From Kiritimatiellia bacterium (GTDB lineage: Bacteria > Verrucomicrobiota > Kiritimatiellia > JAFGHX01): 64,000 nucleotides of DNA. Under the pieces are notes generated by a model. The model saw only the letters and a list, made by a program, of their open reading frames with translations. It ran no database searches and had not been told where the DNA came from. The position numbers and the translations under genes are program-made. The stretch is taken from assembly GCA_016929905.1 (NCBI GenBank), contig JAFGHX010000175.1, positions 15,358-79,357 on the forward strand, given 5' to 3'. This document shows, in pieces, positions 20,709 to 30,305 of this stretch; position 1 is the first letter of the stretch, and every line of letters begins with the position of its first letter.

Positions 20709-21947
20709 ATGTCGACAGCACTCGAAGACGTACGCCAGCTTGTGACGGAAGTCGGTGCACTGCTCGAAATCGAGAAGCGCTACCCCAAACAGAATATGGT
20801 CGAACGGTTCCTGGAGCCGGACAAGATTATCCAGTTCCGGGCCTCGCTGAAGCGGGACGACGGCTCGGTCGATTTCTACCGGTGCTATCGCATCCAGCAC
20901 AGCGACATGCTGGGCTGCTACAAGGGCGGGATCCGGTTCCATCTCTGCGTGGACCTGGACGAGGTGCAGGCGCTGGCGACGTGGATGAGCCTGAAGACCG
21001 CGCTGGTCGGCATCCCGTTCGGCGGCGCCAAGGGCGGCATTTCCGTGAACACCCGCGATCTTTCCGTGCACGAGTTGGAGCGGCTGGTCCGCAAGTACAC
21101 GCACCGGCTCGTGAACGACATCGGGCCGTCGTGCGACATCCCCGCGCCCGACGTGGGCACGTCGGAGCGCGAGATGGCGTGGATCTACGACGAATACCGC
21201 AAGCACAAGGAGATCGCGCGCGGCTGCGTCACGGGCAAGCCGATCGAACTCGGCGGCTCGCTCGGCCGACGGGCGGCCACCGGCAACGGCGTGGTGTTCA
21301 CGATGCTGGAGGCCATGCGCGATTTCGGCCTGACGGAGCCGCGCGTCGCCGTCCAGGGCTTCGGAAAGGTCGGCGCCCATGCCGCGCTGGCCTGCCACGA
21401 ACACGGCATTCGCGTCGTCGCCGTCTCCGACGCGCTGGGCGGGGTCGGCAATCCCGACGGGCTCGACGTCCCCGCGCTGATGGACCACATGGTCCTGAAC
21501 CGCAGCGTGTCCACCTTCCCCGACGCGGAGCCGATCGAGGACCTGCTCACCTGCGACTGCGAGATTCTGCTCCCCTGCGCGCTGGAGAGCGTGATCAACC
21601 GGCACAACGCAGCCAAGATCCAGGCCAGGCTGATCGTGGAAGGCGCCAACGGCCCTACCATGCTCGAGGCCGACGCGGTCCTGGAGGAACGCGGCGTGCG
21701 GGTCGTGCCGGACATCCTCGCCAACGCCGGCGGCGTGATCGTCAGCTACTACGAATGGGTCCAGAACCGCGAGGGGTTCTACTGGGAAGAAAAGGATGTG
21801 AACGAGCGGCTGCACAAGCGGATGACCGACGCCTACGCCAAGGTCCGCGACTGCGCCAGGGAACGCAAGCTGTCCCTGCGCAAGGCCGCCTATTGCCTCG
21901 CGCTCGACCGCATCCTCTCCGCCATGCACCTGCGCGGGGCGCAGTAG
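20709..21947 (+). CDS. gdhA: Glu/Leu/Phe/Val dehydrogenase, likely glutamate dehydrogenase
   Basis: KGGIRF, PFGGAKGG, PAPDVGT, QGFGKVG, EGANGP, NAGGVIVSYYEW. Confidence 0.92.
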   Translation: MSTALEDVRQLVTEVGALLEIEKRYPKQNMVERFLEPDKIIQFRASLKRDDGSVDFYRCYRIQHSDMLGCYKGGIRFHLCVDLDEVQALATWMSLKTALVGIPFGGAKGGISVNTRDLSVHELERLVRKYTHRLVNDIGPSCDIPAPDVGTSEREMAWIYDEYRKHKEIARGCVTGKPIELGGSLGRRAATGNGVVFTMLEAMRDFGLTEPRVAVQGFGKVGAHAALACHEHGIRVVAVSDALGGVGNPDGLDVPALMDHMVLNRSVSTFPDAEPIEDLLTCDCEILLPCALESVINRHNAAKIQARLIVEGANGPTMLEADAVLEERGVRVVPDILANAGGVIVSYYEWVQNREGFYWEEKDVNERLHKRMTDAYAKVRDCARERKLSLRKAAYCLALDRILSAMHLRGAQ

Positions 21948-21960
21948 GATGGGATGGCCT

Positions 21961-22180
21961 GGCGGCCGTCAATCGCTCGCTGCGTTCGCGTCATTGGCTC
22001 ACTGCGTTCGCGTCATTGGCGCCTTCGGCGCGTCACAGGGGCCTGACGGCCGTGACGCGAGCCGCCCCCGCAGACAGCCAATGACAGCGAAGCGAATGAC
22101 GGCGCGAAGCGCCCAATGACCGCCGCCCGGCGGCAAATGACGGCCCAAAGGGCCGCCTGACGCGCGAAGCCCGCGCGGCC
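21961..22180. repeat. Symmetric GTCATT/AATGAC array interleaved with mini-hairpins
   Basis: GTCA(A/T)T at 21968, 21990, 22012 and GTCAC at 22032; AATGAC at 22080, 22095, 22115, 22136 and TGAC at 22158. Confidence 0.8.
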
Positions 22181-22189
22181 GGCCGAAAA

Positions 22190-24802
22190 TTACTTCCGCT
22201 CCAGATAGCAGACCACCCGCTGCTTGCCGGCGTCGGCGTTCAGAACCAGCGCGAGGGGTTTCAAGTCGGCCGCATCGATCACCCGGATGACGTGCTCCCA
22301 GTCTTTCCCCTCCGGCAGCAGGTCCGTGAGCCGGCTCGGGCGCTTCTGGAAGAAATCCTCGTTCAGCACGCTGCCGTCCTTGCCGGGGAACAGCGCGCAG
22401 TAGAGCACGTCCATCTCCACGAGCTCGTTGAAGAAATGCGTGCCCAGGCTGACGTCCGGCACGAGGTTGTCGCGCATGGTCGCTATCTCGCAGACGACAT
22501 TGGCCGTATTGATTTCGGAGAAGTTGACGGGCACGCCGAGCGAGGGGGTGGTCGTGCCCCAGCGGCCGGGTCCGAGGATCAGGGTCGTGCGCTCTCTGGC
22601 GTCCTCCACATGCATGAGCCGGCCGATCGTGCGCGCAACGGCATAGCAGTCGTAGGTCGCCAGCCGCGCGTACGCGGAGGGTACGACGTAGACGATCCGG
22701 TCGATGTGCGCCACAAGGCTGTGCCCGATCACGGGGCCGCGCGTCGCCAGCACGAGGTCCTGCGCCGGGATGTCAGAGGGCGGCTCGGCGATCACGCCGC
22801 GGCCTTTCACCTGCAGGGGCCGGCACTGCACGACGTTGATCGTGTAGCGGTCCGCCTCGAAAAAGTTAAGCGTGTACTCGATTTCCACCGGATAGCGATA
22901 CACATCCTGCAGCGCGCCGAGTATCGCACGCATATCGGCCACGAACGGCGTCTCTTTCAAGAGCTTGTCGAATGTGAGCACCCACGCCCACACATCCTTC
23001 GTCTTCCGTTCCGCCGCGCGTCGTTCCAGCTTCGTGTCGCGCGAGGCGAACAGCTCCAGCGGCAGCCCCTCGCACGCGCGCGCGACGTCCGCGAATCCGC
23101 TTGTCACCTCCTGGTTGGCTTCCAGGTCCAGATAATCGACTTTGCGCTGGGCGTGCTCGCGCACCTCGTCGGCGTCGGCTTCCGGCCGGCGTTCGGGCGC
23201 ATTCAACGCGACGATCCGGGTATAGTCGTCCGGCGTGCGCTCGACCGCGCGGGTCCCGAGCCCGAACACGATGCGCGCGACGCCGGCGGCAGGATCGATA
23301 TACTCGCTCCAGACATAGGGGTTGAGCGAGAGCGCGACACCCGCCGCTTGCGGGAAAAACCGGTGCCCGTACGCGGCGCCGCTCACCCGCTGCACGAGCA
23401 GCGCCATCTGCTCGTCGTGCTCGAGCAGCCCGCGCGAGGCGCGGTACTGCAGCGCGTCCTCGCTCATGATGCTGGCGTACACCGTACGCACGGCGGAAAG
23501 GAAGTCTTCCATCCGCTTGTCGCGTGAGCCCTGATTCGCGCAAAACTCACTCTCGTATTTGCCCGCGAACGCGTTGCCGAACGCGTCCTCCAGCAGACTG
23601 CTGGAGCGCACGATGATGGGGGACTGCCCGAAATAGTCCAGCATGGCCGCAAACTGCTTCAGCAGATAGTCGGGAAAAGTCCCGGTCAGCATCTGCTGTC
23701 GCGCTCGCATGGCGCCCTCGAGGAACGCATTCGGATCCTGCTGCATCTGCTTGGCCCACCAGCACCCGTTCTGGACGAGGTAGGTACAGAACACGTCCGA
23801 GCCGATGTAGAACGAATCGTGCGGCTCCAGCATATCGGCCCAGCGCGCGCTGTCCTTCTCCAGGATCGCACGCGCCAGCAGCAACCCCACCGACTTGCCG
23901 CCGATCAGGCCCGTCCCGATCATGCGGCGGCGCACCTCGACGATATGCCGCAGGTCGAGGTACCGGCGGGCCACCGCCAGGATGCGCTCATCCTGCGAAA
24001 TCATCATGCGGCGTAATCGTTCCGAGAACTCCTCCAGGTCCGGCGGCCCCGGCTCGCCGGCGTCCAGCTCCGCGCAGATTGACTCCGCGCGCGCGAACGT
24101 GCTGCTCCAGATGCCCAGGTGGTAGCTGGCAATGTCCAGCCGGTTCCACGGCGTGCCGCGCAGTATGTTGGTGGTCGTGATGCTCTGCGTGACCGGCACG
24201 AATCCGTCGCCAACCCATTCGTGCGGCATGTACATCGTCGGCGAGTTGCGGTGCTGCACCTTGAGCGGGTGCACGTAGATCCGCCCCTCATGCCGGTAGA
24301 CGTCGATCAGAATCTGGGCCGTATCCCCGATCGGGCGCGTCGCATGGAACGAATGGTGGTCGCGCAGCAGCGCGAAGTAGGCGATCGCCCCCACGTCGTA
24401 CAGGTACGGGCAGGTCAGCATGAAGAAGTTGCCGAGCATGCGGTCGCTGTTCCAGTCCACGACCAACTCCGAAAGGCAGTCGAAAACGTACAGGGCTTTC
24501 TGCCGGCTCTCGTCGATCACCTCGTGCACCTGCCGGATGTAACCTTCGAACCCCGTTTCCGGCCGAAGCTGATGGATCGTCACGCCCGCCCGCTGCTCGA
24601 GCAGCGGGTCATGCTTCGCGAACCGGAAATAGACGATCGCCTGCCGGCGCCGCTCCGCGTTCGCACAGGCCGCTTCCACGAACGGAAGATAGTCCTGGAT
24701 CGCACGGACCTGCCAGACCAGGTTGTCGCCCGGCATCAGCCCGCGCAAGATGCGGTCCAAGCCGGGCAGGCCCGTGCTGAGAATCGGGTCGATGTGCACC
24801 AT
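22190..24802 (-). CDS. PEP/pyruvate-binding (PPDK_N ATP-grasp) protein with N-terminal degenerate KaiC/RAD55-like domain
   Basis: STGLPGLDRIL without Walker A; IGGKSVG, VRSSSLLED, FAGKYES, MALLVQ, VVQCRP; C-terminal GPGRWG and SLGTHFF. Confidence 0.85.
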   Translation of the reverse strand: MVHIDPILSTGLPGLDRILRGLMPGDNLVWQVRAIQDYLPFVEAACANAERRRQAIVYFRFAKHDPLLEQRAGVTIHQLRPETGFEGYIRQVHEVIDESRQKALYVFDCLSELVVDWNSDRMLGNFFMLTCPYLYDVGAIAYFALLRDHHSFHATRPIGDTAQILIDVYRHEGRIYVHPLKVQHRNSPTMYMPHEWVGDGFVPVTQSITTTNILRGTPWNRLDIASYHLGIWSSTFARAESICAELDAGEPGPPDLEEFSERLRRMMISQDERILAVARRYLDLRHIVEVRRRMIGTGLIGGKSVGLLLARAILEKDSARWADMLEPHDSFYIGSDVFCTYLVQNGCWWAKQMQQDPNAFLEGAMRARQQMLTGTFPDYLLKQFAAMLDYFGQSPIIVRSSSLLEDAFGNAFAGKYESEFCANQGSRDKRMEDFLSAVRTVYASIMSEDALQYRASRGLLEHDEQMALLVQRVSGAAYGHRFFPQAAGVALSLNPYVWSEYIDPAAGVARIVFGLGTRAVERTPDDYTRIVALNAPERRPEADADEVREHAQRKVDYLDLEANQEVTSGFADVARACEGLPLELFASRDTKLERRAAERKTKDVWAWVLTFDKLLKETPFVADMRAILGALQDVYRYPVEIEYTLNFFEADRYTINVVQCRPLQVKGRGVIAEPPSDIPAQDLVLATRGPVIGHSLVAHIDRIVYVVPSAYARLATYDCYAVARTIGRLMHVEDARERTTLILGPGRWGTTTPSLGVPVNFSEINTANVVCEIATMRDNLVPDVSLGTHFFNELVEMDVLYCALFPGKDGSVLNEDFFQKRPSRLTDLLPEGKDWEHVIRVIDAADLKPLALVLNADAGKQRVVCYLERK

Positions 24803-24863
24803 GCTCTGTCTCCGGGTCGAAACCGTTTCAGAAGGGAACGGTGCGACTTGTGCGGCTGGGTAT

Positions 24864-24893
24864 AGGGTACCGAAGGCCGTCACGGCCTGTCAA
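24864..24893 (-). promoter_or_regulatory. Putative sigma70 promoter for the PPDK_N gene
   Basis: Minus strand TTGACA (24893-24888)-18 bp-TACCCT (24869-24864). Confidence 0.4.
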
Positions 24894-24986
24894 TGCGAAC
24901 GGCAGGCGGCGGGGCCGCCATCGGGGATAAGCTACTCGAGGACAGAAGAGTAGCGGGAACGAGCCATCACCCCGCGTACGAGGCCT

Positions 24987-25352
24987 TCAGAAAGGTCTTG
25001 GCACGGTTGCCGAGACGACGGTTCCCATCGCGCGGCCTTCCCTGACATCGCCATACGGCAAGCGGGTCAGCAGCACGTTGCCGTATTTCCGCCCGTCCGC
25101 ATGCTGAATCGCAGGGCCCCAGACGGCAGCCATGCCCGTCGCGCGCGCCAGCGCCTCGGCCTGGTCGATCCCGCCGGAGCGCGGCTGCAGGCCGTCCACT
25201 TCCTGCAAGGCGGCAATGTCCGCCTGCACGCTCCGGATAACCGCCGCGATCCGCTGGAGATCAACCCGGTCGTCCATCCCCCGGCCGTGCCGGATGTTGT
25301 AGCTGAGTAGGGACAGCCGGAAACTGCCGTCAGGCTTGCCTGTCTCGGTCAT
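24987..25352 (-). pseudogene. Truncated endonuclease/exonuclease/phosphatase (EEP) family gene
   Basis: LLSYNIRHGRG, DIAALQEVD, YGNVLLTRLP, then stop at about 121 aa; C-terminal GDFN/SDH half absent. Confidence 0.7.
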
Positions 25353-25541
25353 ATCGCATTCCAGGCGTGCACACGACGGGGATCCCAAACTCCCAGTTCG
25401 CCCGGATAACCCATATCAGAATAGGCTCGGCCGTAGGCGCTCAAAATGAAACGCCCATCATCATGGTAGGCGTTGAACAGTTCCGGCGGACGGTTCTGCC
25501 GCTCCCACAGACTGTGCGGGGCTTGCCCGGGGACTTGCGTG

Positions 25542-26375
25542 CTACCCTTCGAACGCGTCCCCCAACATCACCTTGGCCAATTCCTTGGCGTAGCGCAGTT
25601 TGACCAGGCGGATTTCGTACGGTTTGTCCGTAATTTCCGTGAACGACTCGTACGCCCAGACCCCGTCGTAGCCGATCTCAGCCAAAGCGTCCACGAATCC
25701 GCTCCAATCCGTCGTGCCGCCCGGGCCATAGGGAAAGAAGTGATCGTCGTACGCCTTGGCGTTGTCGTGAATGTGCAACGCCTTGAGACGGGAACCCACC
25801 GCGCGCACGAAATCGGCACATTTCTCCTCGCCGCGATTCTGGTGGCCGGTGTCCAGGCAGATCCCCATGTCCATGCCTTTGACCGCCTCGACAACCGGCA
25901 AAACCCCTTTCGTCCCTGACGGCCCGTTCTCGAGACAGACGACGGTGGGTCCGCCCTTGACATACCCGGCGATCGTCTCGAACCCCTTGAGCATCGCCTC
26001 ATGAATCTCTTCGGACGGCCGACCGTCGGGCGGCGGGGTCGGCCAGGGCCGTTTGTGAAGAATCCCAGCCTTGACCCCGAGCGCCATGAACAGCTCGCAC
26101 CACAAACGGATTCTGTCAAAGTGCTCGGCGTGGCCCGGCCCCGGCGGGAAGCCGGGGTCCGTGTTGGCGAGGTCGAAATGGGCTTGCGGGAAGTCAAACC
26201 CCAGATCATCCGCGAACTTCTTCAATTCACCGGCCGCAGCGACCGGCTTGTCCTGCCGCAGGAGCCATTCGACGTGACTGAAGTCCCCGCAGGTCCAGCC
26301 CTCGTCTACGAATGTCTGAATCGCCTTTCGGGGATCGGCCTCCCCGAACCATGCCGTCGACACGCATACCCTCAC
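25542..26375 (-). CDS. Sugar phosphate isomerase/epimerase TIM barrel (AP_endonuc_2)
   Basis: VCLENG, CLDTGH, LHIHDN, DDH, GYDGVWAYE. Confidence 0.9.
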   Translation of the reverse strand: MRVCVSTAWFGEADPRKAIQTFVDEGWTCGDFSHVEWLLRQDKPVAAAGELKKFADDLGFDFPQAHFDLANTDPGFPPGPGHAEHFDRIRLWCELFMALGVKAGILHKRPWPTPPPDGRPSEEIHEAMLKGFETIAGYVKGGPTVVCLENGPSGTKGVLPVVEAVKGMDMGICLDTGHQNRGEEKCADFVRAVGSRLKALHIHDNAKAYDDHFFPYGPGGTTDWSGFVDALAEIGYDGVWAYESFTEITDKPYEIRLVKLRYAKELAKVMLGDAFEG

Positions 26376-26487
26376 GACCCTTTCCTCCCTTCGGAGTCCA
26401 AGACGAAATTGACGCTTGATCCAGAAGCCCGACTGTCATGATACTCACGATATGGTGCGCGTCAAAGAAACTTGGACATCCCATACG

Positions 26488-27198
26488 ATGCCATCACTGC
26501 CACCGACAGATCTGCACATCATCAACGAGGACGGGCAGGTGTCCGGCTCCAAGAAACGCAAGGAGGAACTCCGTCTGGACTACTTCCTGGCAGCGGCCCA
26601 CGCCGTAGGCCGGCATGCCGACTCGCTCCCGGCTTTCATCCGCACGTACCACGAAAGCGAGGACCGAAAGGACGCGCCGCTCACCGCGCTCGGAGAAGAC
26701 CAGGCTCGCACGCTCGCCGGAGTGTTCGACGGGCAATGCTTCGACAGCGCCCATGTCAGCCCGTTGAGGCGCGCAAGGCGCACGTTCGCCTTGGCCAGTG
26801 TGACGGTCCGAAGGGCGCCCTACGACACGCGGCTTATCGAGATTGACTGGGAGCCGGGCTTCTATGAAGGATTCGCTCCGGGCGAGCTCCCCGACATCGC
26901 GGAACCCGACAGACACGACGCGTGGTCCGTACCCGCGTGGGAACGGGCAAGCGCCTTCCTGGAGGAAGTCCTGGCCTCGGACGACGAACTGATCCTGGCC
27001 GTGACCCACCAGGGCATATGCCGGCACCTGGCCGGCGTCTTCATGGGCCTGGAACGCCCCAAGGCGCCGCTCCCCATGTGGATGGACAACGCAAGCGCCT
27101 CGATGCTCGACGTCTACGCGGACGGCAGACGGCTGATCCGGCGTTGGAACGATACCCGCCACGTTGCCCACCTGCTCAGCAAGCACAGCGGGCCGTGA
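26488..27198 (+). CDS. Histidine phosphatase-fold protein lacking the RHG motif (possibly chimeric or pseudogene)
   Basis: DAPLTALGEDQA, SPLRRARRT, AVTHQG, DNAS, WNDTRH present; expected RHG reads FIRTYHES; start uncertain. Confidence 0.65.
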   Translation: MPSLPPTDLHIINEDGQVSGSKKRKEELRLDYFLAAAHAVGRHADSLPAFIRTYHESEDRKDAPLTALGEDQARTLAGVFDGQCFDSAHVSPLRRARRTFALASVTVRRAPYDTRLIEIDWEPGFYEGFAPGELPDIAEPDRHDAWSVPAWERASAFLEEVLASDDELILAVTHQGICRHLAGVFMGLERPKAPLPMWMDNASASMLDVYADGRRLIRRWNDTRHVAHLLSKHSGP

Positions 27199-27277
27199 GG
27201 GTGACGGCGAACCGTCTCGGCAATCGCATAGACAACGTCAAACGGGAGAGGCGCCTCCCCGACCGGCCCCTCCCCCA

Positions 27278-27309
27278 TTTTTCATTTGTCATTCTTCATT
27301 CTTCACTGG
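27278..27309. repeat. Heptamer tandem repeat (TTCATTC-like) at gene 3' end
   Basis: TTTTCATTTGTCATTCTTCATTCTTCACTGG overlapping the GH4 stop codon. Confidence 0.7.
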
Positions 27310-28673
27310 CTCCCGTACCACGCGGCCGGGATAATCTCCTTCTCCGCCTCGAGCAGATCTTCGATCATCGCGTCGCCGTCCGGGATCGAGTTCACGATCG
27401 GATCGGTCAGCATCGCACGCCGCAGCACGCCTTTGTCCTGTTTCACGATCGCCTCGACGGTCAGCTCGTGCGTGTCGAGCACCTGCATCTGGAGCGCGCG
27501 CACGCCCAGCGGGAAATCGCTGACCCGCCGCGGAACGGGGCCGTTCATGTCCACGTCGGACAGCAGTTCCAGAAACGCGTCGTCGGGCAGGTTGCCGACC
27601 GCGCCGCGGTTCGCCTGGTTGATGTAAAACGGGCCTTTGTCCCCGGCCCACATCGCCTTGATGATGTCCGTCGCGTGGTCCGGCCCCATGCCCTTGAAGA
27701 ACTCGTCGAGCGGCTTCGCGCCGGAGTTGAACGCGTTCACGTCCGTCCACATCGCCTCGTGCCGCTTGTACCGTTCGTTCACGTCGAAGATCGAGAGCGG
27801 CGGGAGTTGGTTGCTCTTCACCTGCCAGCCCTGCCAGTACGGCACGTATTCCTTCGTGTGCCCGATGCAGGCCGGATAGATGCCGAAGATGTCCCACAAC
27901 TCGAGCGCGTAGGTCCTGTTGAATCTCTGCTTCGAATGCCCTTCGTCGGTCTCTTTCGCCGCCGCGGCCGCCACCGACTCCCGAAGCGCGGGCGTCACAT
28001 CCCTGCCCTCGAATTCGGCTTTGAGCAGCCAGGTGAAATGGTTGACGCCCGCGATCTCGAGATCGAACTTCGCGAGCAAGTCCGGCGTCGCGGCGCCCGC
28101 CTTCTCCACCACTCTGCACTGGGCCAGATAGTTCTTCTTCACATGCGGCATGTGCAGCCCGTCGCAGAGCGCAAAGCTCTTCACGTCCGCGTGCCGCATC
28201 AGGCCCAACCCGTTCACCGCCGTCGGGTTGATGTAGTTGATGACCCACGCGTCGGGACACAGCGCCTTCACGTCCCGGGCGATGTCCAGAATCACCGGCA
28301 GCTCGCGCATCGCGCGGAAAATGCCGCCCGGCCCGATCGTGTCGCCCGAGCACATCCGCACGCCGTACTTCTCGGAAATCGCGCAGTCTACCCCGCGGAA
28401 CCGCACGCCGTCGCGCGCGAAACTCAACACCACGAAATCGGCGCCTTTCAATACCTCGCGCCGGTCCGTCGAGCCTTCCAGCTTAAGCGGCACCTTCTTG
28501 TGCGCAATCGCCTTGCGCCCAAGCTCCATCATCAGGGCCAGCCGGTCCCGGTCGATATCCACGTAGGCCAGTGTCCCCGTGTTCAGCGCGTCCGACATGA
28601 TCATGTTCCACAACGCCTGCCGCCCGAAAAACAGACTGCCCGCCCCGACTACCACCACTTTCGGCCCCTTCAT
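27303..28673 (-). CDS. GH4 NAD+-dependent glycoside hydrolase (alpha-galactosidase/glucosidase-like)
   Basis: VVGAGS, DTIGPGG, INYINP, ALCDG, GVNHFTW, NRGAVGNLP. Confidence 0.93.
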   Translation of the reverse strand: MKGPKVVVVGAGSLFFGRQALWNMIMSDALNTGTLAYVDIDRDRLALMMELGRKAIAHKKVPLKLEGSTDRREVLKGADFVVLSFARDGVRFRGVDCAISEKYGVRMCSGDTIGPGGIFRAMRELPVILDIARDVKALCPDAWVINYINPTAVNGLGLMRHADVKSFALCDGLHMPHVKKNYLAQCRVVEKAGAATPDLLAKFDLEIAGVNHFTWLLKAEFEGRDVTPALRESVAAAAAKETDEGHSKQRFNRTYALELWDIFGIYPACIGHTKEYVPYWQGWQVKSNQLPPLSIFDVNERYKRHEAMWTDVNAFNSGAKPLDEFFKGMGPDHATDIIKAMWAGDKGPFYINQANRGAVGNLPDDAFLELLSDVDMNGPVPRRVSDFPLGVRALQMQVLDTHELTVEAIVKQDKGVLRRAMLTDPIVNSIPDGDAMIEDLLEAEKEIIPAAWYGSQ

Positions 28674-28945
28674 TCGCGTCCCTCCCTTCGCCTTGATTGC
28701 ATTTTGGTGATCGCAAAGAAGTATGGTTGCTCCTTAATAGTATGATCAATCTAGATAATTGTGATGCATGTTGGATATTGGTGACAGACAGCGCAGGTTG
28801 ACGCCTGAGTGCAACCGGACGCCAATACGGTGTAATGTTGGCCGCGACGATTTTGAGGCCGGGCAAGGCGCGGGAGGGGTGGGGTAATGCGCGTTCGGCC
28901 CGAGCAACCCGGCTGGGTCGCCAGACTATCAGCGGTGAATTCTCG

Positions 28946-28998
28946 TTGACAAACATGTAACATATTCCAATAATATGAATATATATTATGGATTACAT
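28946..28998 (+). promoter_or_regulatory. AT-rich sigma70 promoter with overlapping imperfect palindrome upstream of AAA gene
   Basis: TTGACA 28946-28951, 17 bp, AATAAT 28969-28974; ATGTAA..TCCAATAATAT/ATATTATGGA..TTACAT. Confidence 0.55.
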
Positions 28999-29028
28999 TC
29001 CATTACCAAGGACAGGGGACACGCGAGA

Positions 29029-30264
29029 ATGCTTGACGAATTGTTCGAGTTGAGCCGACATCTGATCCGCCTCAGACACCGTCCGTATCTTCGGTATTTC
29101 CTGCGCGAAACGGTGCTGAAAGCGCGTTGCTCGATTGTTGCGGGGGCGCGGGGCGTGGGCAAGACGACAGCCATGATACAGCACCTCGTTGGGTACGACC
29201 CGGAATGGCCGTCGTCGACGCGGGTGCTCTATCTACCGGCGGACCACTTCGCGTTGGCTGGGACCCCGCTCTATGAAATAGGGCGGGATTTCTGCGCCCA
29301 TGGAGGGAAGCTCCTCTGTATCGACGAAATTCACAAGTATCCCGCCTGGTCTCGAGACCTGAAGAGCATGACGGACACCTTTCCCGATCTTCGGATTGTG
29401 GCGTCCGGCAGTTCCATGATGCAAATCCGCAAGGGTACTCACGACTTGTCGCGGCGCGCGATCGTGTACCGCATGAACGGCATGTCCTTCCGTGAATACA
29501 TTGAATTACGTCTCAAGACGGAACTCCGTGTCCGCACGCTTGAAGATCTGCTGGAATCGCATGAGGCGACTGCCCCTGCAATCGTTGACCACCTGGCCGA
29601 ACGGGGCGAAAAGGTGCTGGCACTCTTCCGCGACTACCTGGAATGTGGATTCTACCCGTATGCATTCGAGGTGGCAGATCGTGGCCTGTACCGCATCGCC
29701 CTGGAACAGAACGCGCACACGGCCGTTGAGAGCGACCTGCCGGCCGTACACCCGGGCCTGAGCGGCGGCAGTATCGCGAGGATCAAAGCACTCCTCTCCG
29801 TGATCGCTGCGTCCGTTCCGTTTACGCCGGATCTGGCCAAGCTCCGGCGCCTGCTCGACATCAACGACGATCGCACGCTCAAGACCTACCTCAGCTATCT
29901 CGATGACGCCGATCTGATCATGACAGTCGGCAGGCGGACCGCAGGGCTCAAGGTCCTGGAAAAACCGGGCAAGATCTATCTCGGCGACCCGAATCTGGCA
30001 TACGCCCTGCATCCGGCCAGCAGGCCCGAGATCGGAAACATCCGGGAGACCTTCTTCGCCCGCACGGTGTCGAACGTCCATCCGCTGCGCCTGGCGGGAG
30101 AAGTCGACTTCGCCGTCGGCCAGGATCTCTTCTTCGAAGTCGGCGGCCGCAACAAGACGGCGCGCCAGCTCAAAGCCATCACCCGCGGATTCCTTGCCCT
30201 GGACGATATCGAAACCGGCGCCGGCATACGCATCCCGCTCTGGCTCTTCGGCTTCCTCTACTGA
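29029..30264 (+). CDS. AAA_14 family ATPase with DUF4143-like C-terminus
   Basis: GARGVGKTT Walker A, IDEIHKY Walker B, DLSRRA, KIYLGDPNL, EVDF..FEVGG. Confidence 0.88.
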   Translation: MLDELFELSRHLIRLRHRPYLRYFLRETVLKARCSIVAGARGVGKTTAMIQHLVGYDPEWPSSTRVLYLPADHFALAGTPLYEIGRDFCAHGGKLLCIDEIHKYPAWSRDLKSMTDTFPDLRIVASGSSMMQIRKGTHDLSRRAIVYRMNGMSFREYIELRLKTELRVRTLEDLLESHEATAPAIVDHLAERGEKVLALFRDYLECGFYPYAFEVADRGLYRIALEQNAHTAVESDLPAVHPGLSGGSIARIKALLSVIAASVPFTPDLAKLRRLLDINDDRTLKTYLSYLDDADLIMTVGRRTAGLKVLEKPGKIYLGDPNLAYALHPASRPEIGNIRETFFARTVSNVHPLRLAGEVDFAVGQDLFFEVGGRNKTARQLKAITRGFLALDDIETGAGIRIPLWLFGFLY

Positions 30265-30296
30265 GCGGCACAGGCGCCTAAGGGGGCTGTGCCGCT
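30264..30296. terminator. Hairpin between convergent genes
   Basis: AGCGGCACAG/CTGTGCCGCT perfect 10-bp stem; no strong U-tract. Confidence 0.45.
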
Positions 30297-30305
30297 GTTG
30301 CCGCC

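Noticed and set aside
21961-22180. Possible CRISPR mini-array
   Set aside because: Constant part is only about 6 bp, spacers are 9-16 bp and the orientation flips midway
29029-30264. AAA_14/DUF4143 gene as a defence system or mobile element
   Set aside because: Solitary widespread family; no partner genes, terminal repeats or integrase seen
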